From an uncultured Pseudomonadota bacterium (lineage in GTDB: Bacteria > UBA10199 > JADFYH01), in assembly GCA_964595045.1 (NCBI GenBank), contig CAZQOW010000003.1:1-36980 (forward strand): a DNA stretch of 36,980 nt, read 5' to 3'. The notes below the pieces were generated by a model. That model ran no database searches, had not been told where the DNA came from, and saw only the letters and a list, made by a program, of their open reading frames with translations. Positions 35,613-36,980 of this stretch are shown piece after piece. The first letter of the stretch is position 1, and every line of letters begins with the position of its first letter. Made by a program: the position numbers and the translations under genes.

Positions 35613-36293
35613 TTGAAATCAAAAAAAACAAAACTGAAAAAACCTTTTTTCATCACGTTCGAAGGAATCGAGGGTTCAGGTAAAAGTACCCAAATTAAAC
35701 TTCTGGCTGAGTTTTTCAAAAAACAAAAATTTTCTGTTCTTTTGACAAGAGAACCGGGAGGGACAGAAATCGGAAATCAAATCCGGGAAATCCTTCTCCA
35801 TTCCAAAAATAAAAAGATGGTTTCCTTGTCTGAACTTTTTCTTTATGCCGCTGATCGTGCTCAACATGTTGAAGAGGTGATTCGTCCCGCTCTGAAAAAA
35901 AGAGAGATAGTTCTTTGTGACCGTTTCACCGACTCGACCATTGCTTATCAAGCGGAAGCGAGAAAAATTTCCAGAAAAGTAATTGAGCAGTTGAACGAAT
36001 TGGCAACTTCCGGATTGAAACCGGATCTTACTTTTTTGATCGATTGCCCCGTTTCTGTTGGACTCAAGCGGGCGAAGAAAAGAATTTTGAGGCAGATCCA
36101 TAAAGAAGAACGGTTTGAAAAAGAAAAAATCTCGTTTCATGAGAAGGTTCGGAAAGGATTTTTGAAAATTGCGAAAGAAGATCGATCGCGGGTGGTGGTG
36201 ATCGATGGGATGAAATCTCCGGAGGAGATTCATCGTGAGATTTTAAGACAATTGAAAAATATAAAATCTCCCCCTTTGAAAAAGGGGGATTAA
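35613..36293 (+). CDS. tmk: thymidylate kinase
   Basis: FITFEGIEGSGKSTQ (P-loop), LTREPGGT and CDRFTDSTIAYQ. TTG start with GGAG 5 nt upstream. The last residues SPPLKKGD are encoded by a REP hairpin. Confidence 0.93.
   Translation: MKSKKTKLKKPFFITFEGIEGSGKSTQIKLLAEFFKKQKFSVLLTREPGGTEIGNQIREILLHSKNKKMVSLSELFLYAADRAQHVEEVIRPALKKREIVLCDRFTDSTIAYQAEARKISRKVIEQLNELATSGLKPDLTFLIDCPVSVGLKRAKKRILRQIHKEERFEKEKISFHEKVRKGFLKIAKEDRSRVVVIDGMKSPEEIHREILRQLKNIKSPPLKKGD
36269..36289. repeat. REP-like hairpin, family D (CCCCCTTTGAAAAAGGGGG)
   Basis: 8-bp stem TCCCCCTT/AAGGGGGA with a 5-nt loop, inside the 3' end of tmk. It is followed by a second GGGGGAT copy at 36294-36300. Confidence 0.65.
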
Positions 36294-36428
36294 GGGGGAT
36301 TTATTGCGAGGAGTAAAGAAGAGCATTTATTTTTTCACGTTCCCAGCAATAAATTCCTCCCAACCTCGCTCCGTCGGCCTGCTTCGCCAGAGCTTCAGCA
36401 AGGCAAGCATAGCCTTTGGCGACGCTGA

Positions 36429-36443
36429 CCCTTTTTCAAAGGG
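36429..36443. repeat. REP-like hairpin, family D, inverted shorter copy
   Basis: CCCTTTTTCAAAGGG matches the reverse complement of the core of 36269-36289. Its 3' arm runs into the holB SD (AAAGGGAGGAG). Confidence 0.5.
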
Positions 36444-36463
36444 AGGAGTGATTATTTGAAAAT

Positions 36464-36980
36464 ATGAAAATCATCGGTCATGAAAAAACATTTCAATGTT
36501 TAAATCGACTAGTCGAATCGAAAAAGATTCCGCACGCGATGCTTTTTACCGGTCCGCAAGGGATTGGTAAAAAAATGGTAGCGAAATTTTTTATTCAGAA
36601 ACTTTTTTGTCTGGAGAAAGAAAAACCGTGCGAAAAATGTTCTTCTTGTCTAAAACTTGAAAAGCTGGAACATCCTGATCTCTTCTGGATTGAGCCTGAA
36701 TCGGACAATATCAAAATTGATCTGATTCGAAATTTGAAAAAGAGTTTGAGTTTAGCACCGTTTGAATCGGCTTATAAAGTCGCGGTTTTGGTCGATGCAC
36801 ATCATTTGAATTTGGCTGCTTCGAACGCGCTTTTGAAAACGCTTGAAGAGCCACCTCCAAACACTTTGATTATCTTAATCAGCTCGCTTCCCCATTTTTT
36901 TCTGAAGACGATTTTGTCGCGATGCCAGAAGGTTTATTTTTCTCCTTTAAATTCTTCCGAAACAGAGGAAGTGTTAAAGC
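36464..36980 (+). CDS. holB: DNA polymerase III subunit delta', 3' end outside the window
   Basis: Not in the ORF track because there is no stop before the window end. ATG 36464 is preceded by GGGAGGAG. The translation MKIIGHEKTFQCLNRLVESKKIPHAMLFTGPQGIGKK..CEKCSSCLKLEKLEHPDL..NALLKTLEEPP carries the delta' signatures. It follows tmk, as in many bacteria. Confidence 0.85.
   Translation, partial: MKIIGHEKTFQCLNRLVESKKIPHAMLFTGPQGIGKKMVAKFFIQKLFCLEKEKPCEKCSSCLKLEKLEHPDLFWIEPESDNIKIDLIRNLKKSLSLAPFESAYKVAVLVDAHHLNLAASNALLKTLEEPPPNTLIILISSLPHFFLKTILSRCQKVYFSPLNSSETEEVLK

Noticed and set aside
5915-36443. Whether the repeated GC-rich palindromes could be a CRISPR array.
   Set aside because: Copies are scattered singly or in inverted pairs at gene ends, tens of kilobases apart. 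They lack regular direct-repeat/spacer periodicity, and no cas genes are present.
1-36980. Apparent excess of the palindrome CGATCG (I noticed roughly 15-20 copies by eye, several as GCGATCG), reminiscent of HIP1-type iterated palindromes or a restriction-modification signature.
   Set aside because: A by-eye count is unreliable and I cannot compute an expectation. An exact k-mer count against a Markov background on the whole genome would be needed before making any claim.

Overview
This is a 36,980-nt, AT-rich (by eye, not computed), gene-dense chromosomal segment from a bacterium with an outer membrane. I cannot place it taxonomically from sequence alone. TTG and GTG starts occur, and GC-rich REP-like hairpins stand out against the AT-rich background.

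Gene order:
- aroK (partial) and aroB.
- A convergent orphan ORF of about 1,170 aa.
- A small ORF followed by aroQ, then a TPR protein, then hisS.
- A peptidoglycan-recycling set: ldcA, an AmpH-like serine hydrolase, and mpl. About 4.5 kb of unrelated DNA interrupts it. That DNA holds 222-aa and 441-aa hypotheticals, a frameshifted 5' fragment of mpl, an orphan SMI1/KNR4 (SUKH) immunity-type gene, and smaller relics of the mpl start region.
- tamB plus an Omp85 (BamA/TamA-family) gene.
- A methyltransferase-like gene, RidA, and a receiver-only response regulator.
- Two paralogous monocistronic porin genes with long leaders and strong terminators.
- A gamma-glutamylation-type amine catabolic cluster: ethanolamine-type APC permease, glutamine-synthetase-like ligase, Fe-alcohol dehydrogenase, C26 gamma-glutamyl hydrolase and aldehyde dehydrogenase. 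An oppositely oriented acyltransferase splits it.
- tmk and holB (partial).

I recognised no rRNA, tRNA, CRISPR array, transposase, integrase, reverse transcriptase or known defence gene.

Best candidates for something undescribed:
1. The mpl 5' end looks like a recurrent cargo-insertion site. It carries nested 5'-end duplications, a xenologous mpl fragment, a repeated 14-nt core and an orphan SUKH gene. A compositionally foreign 441-aa gene sits next to it.
2. The orphan giant ORF lies inside the aro cluster.
3. The gamma-glutamyl cluster has gene content pointing to an amino alcohol (ethanolamine-like) rather than putrescine.
4. Four families of REP-like hairpins overlap stop codons and ribosome-binding sites.

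All functional calls rest on motifs I recognise in the translations; no database search was possible.
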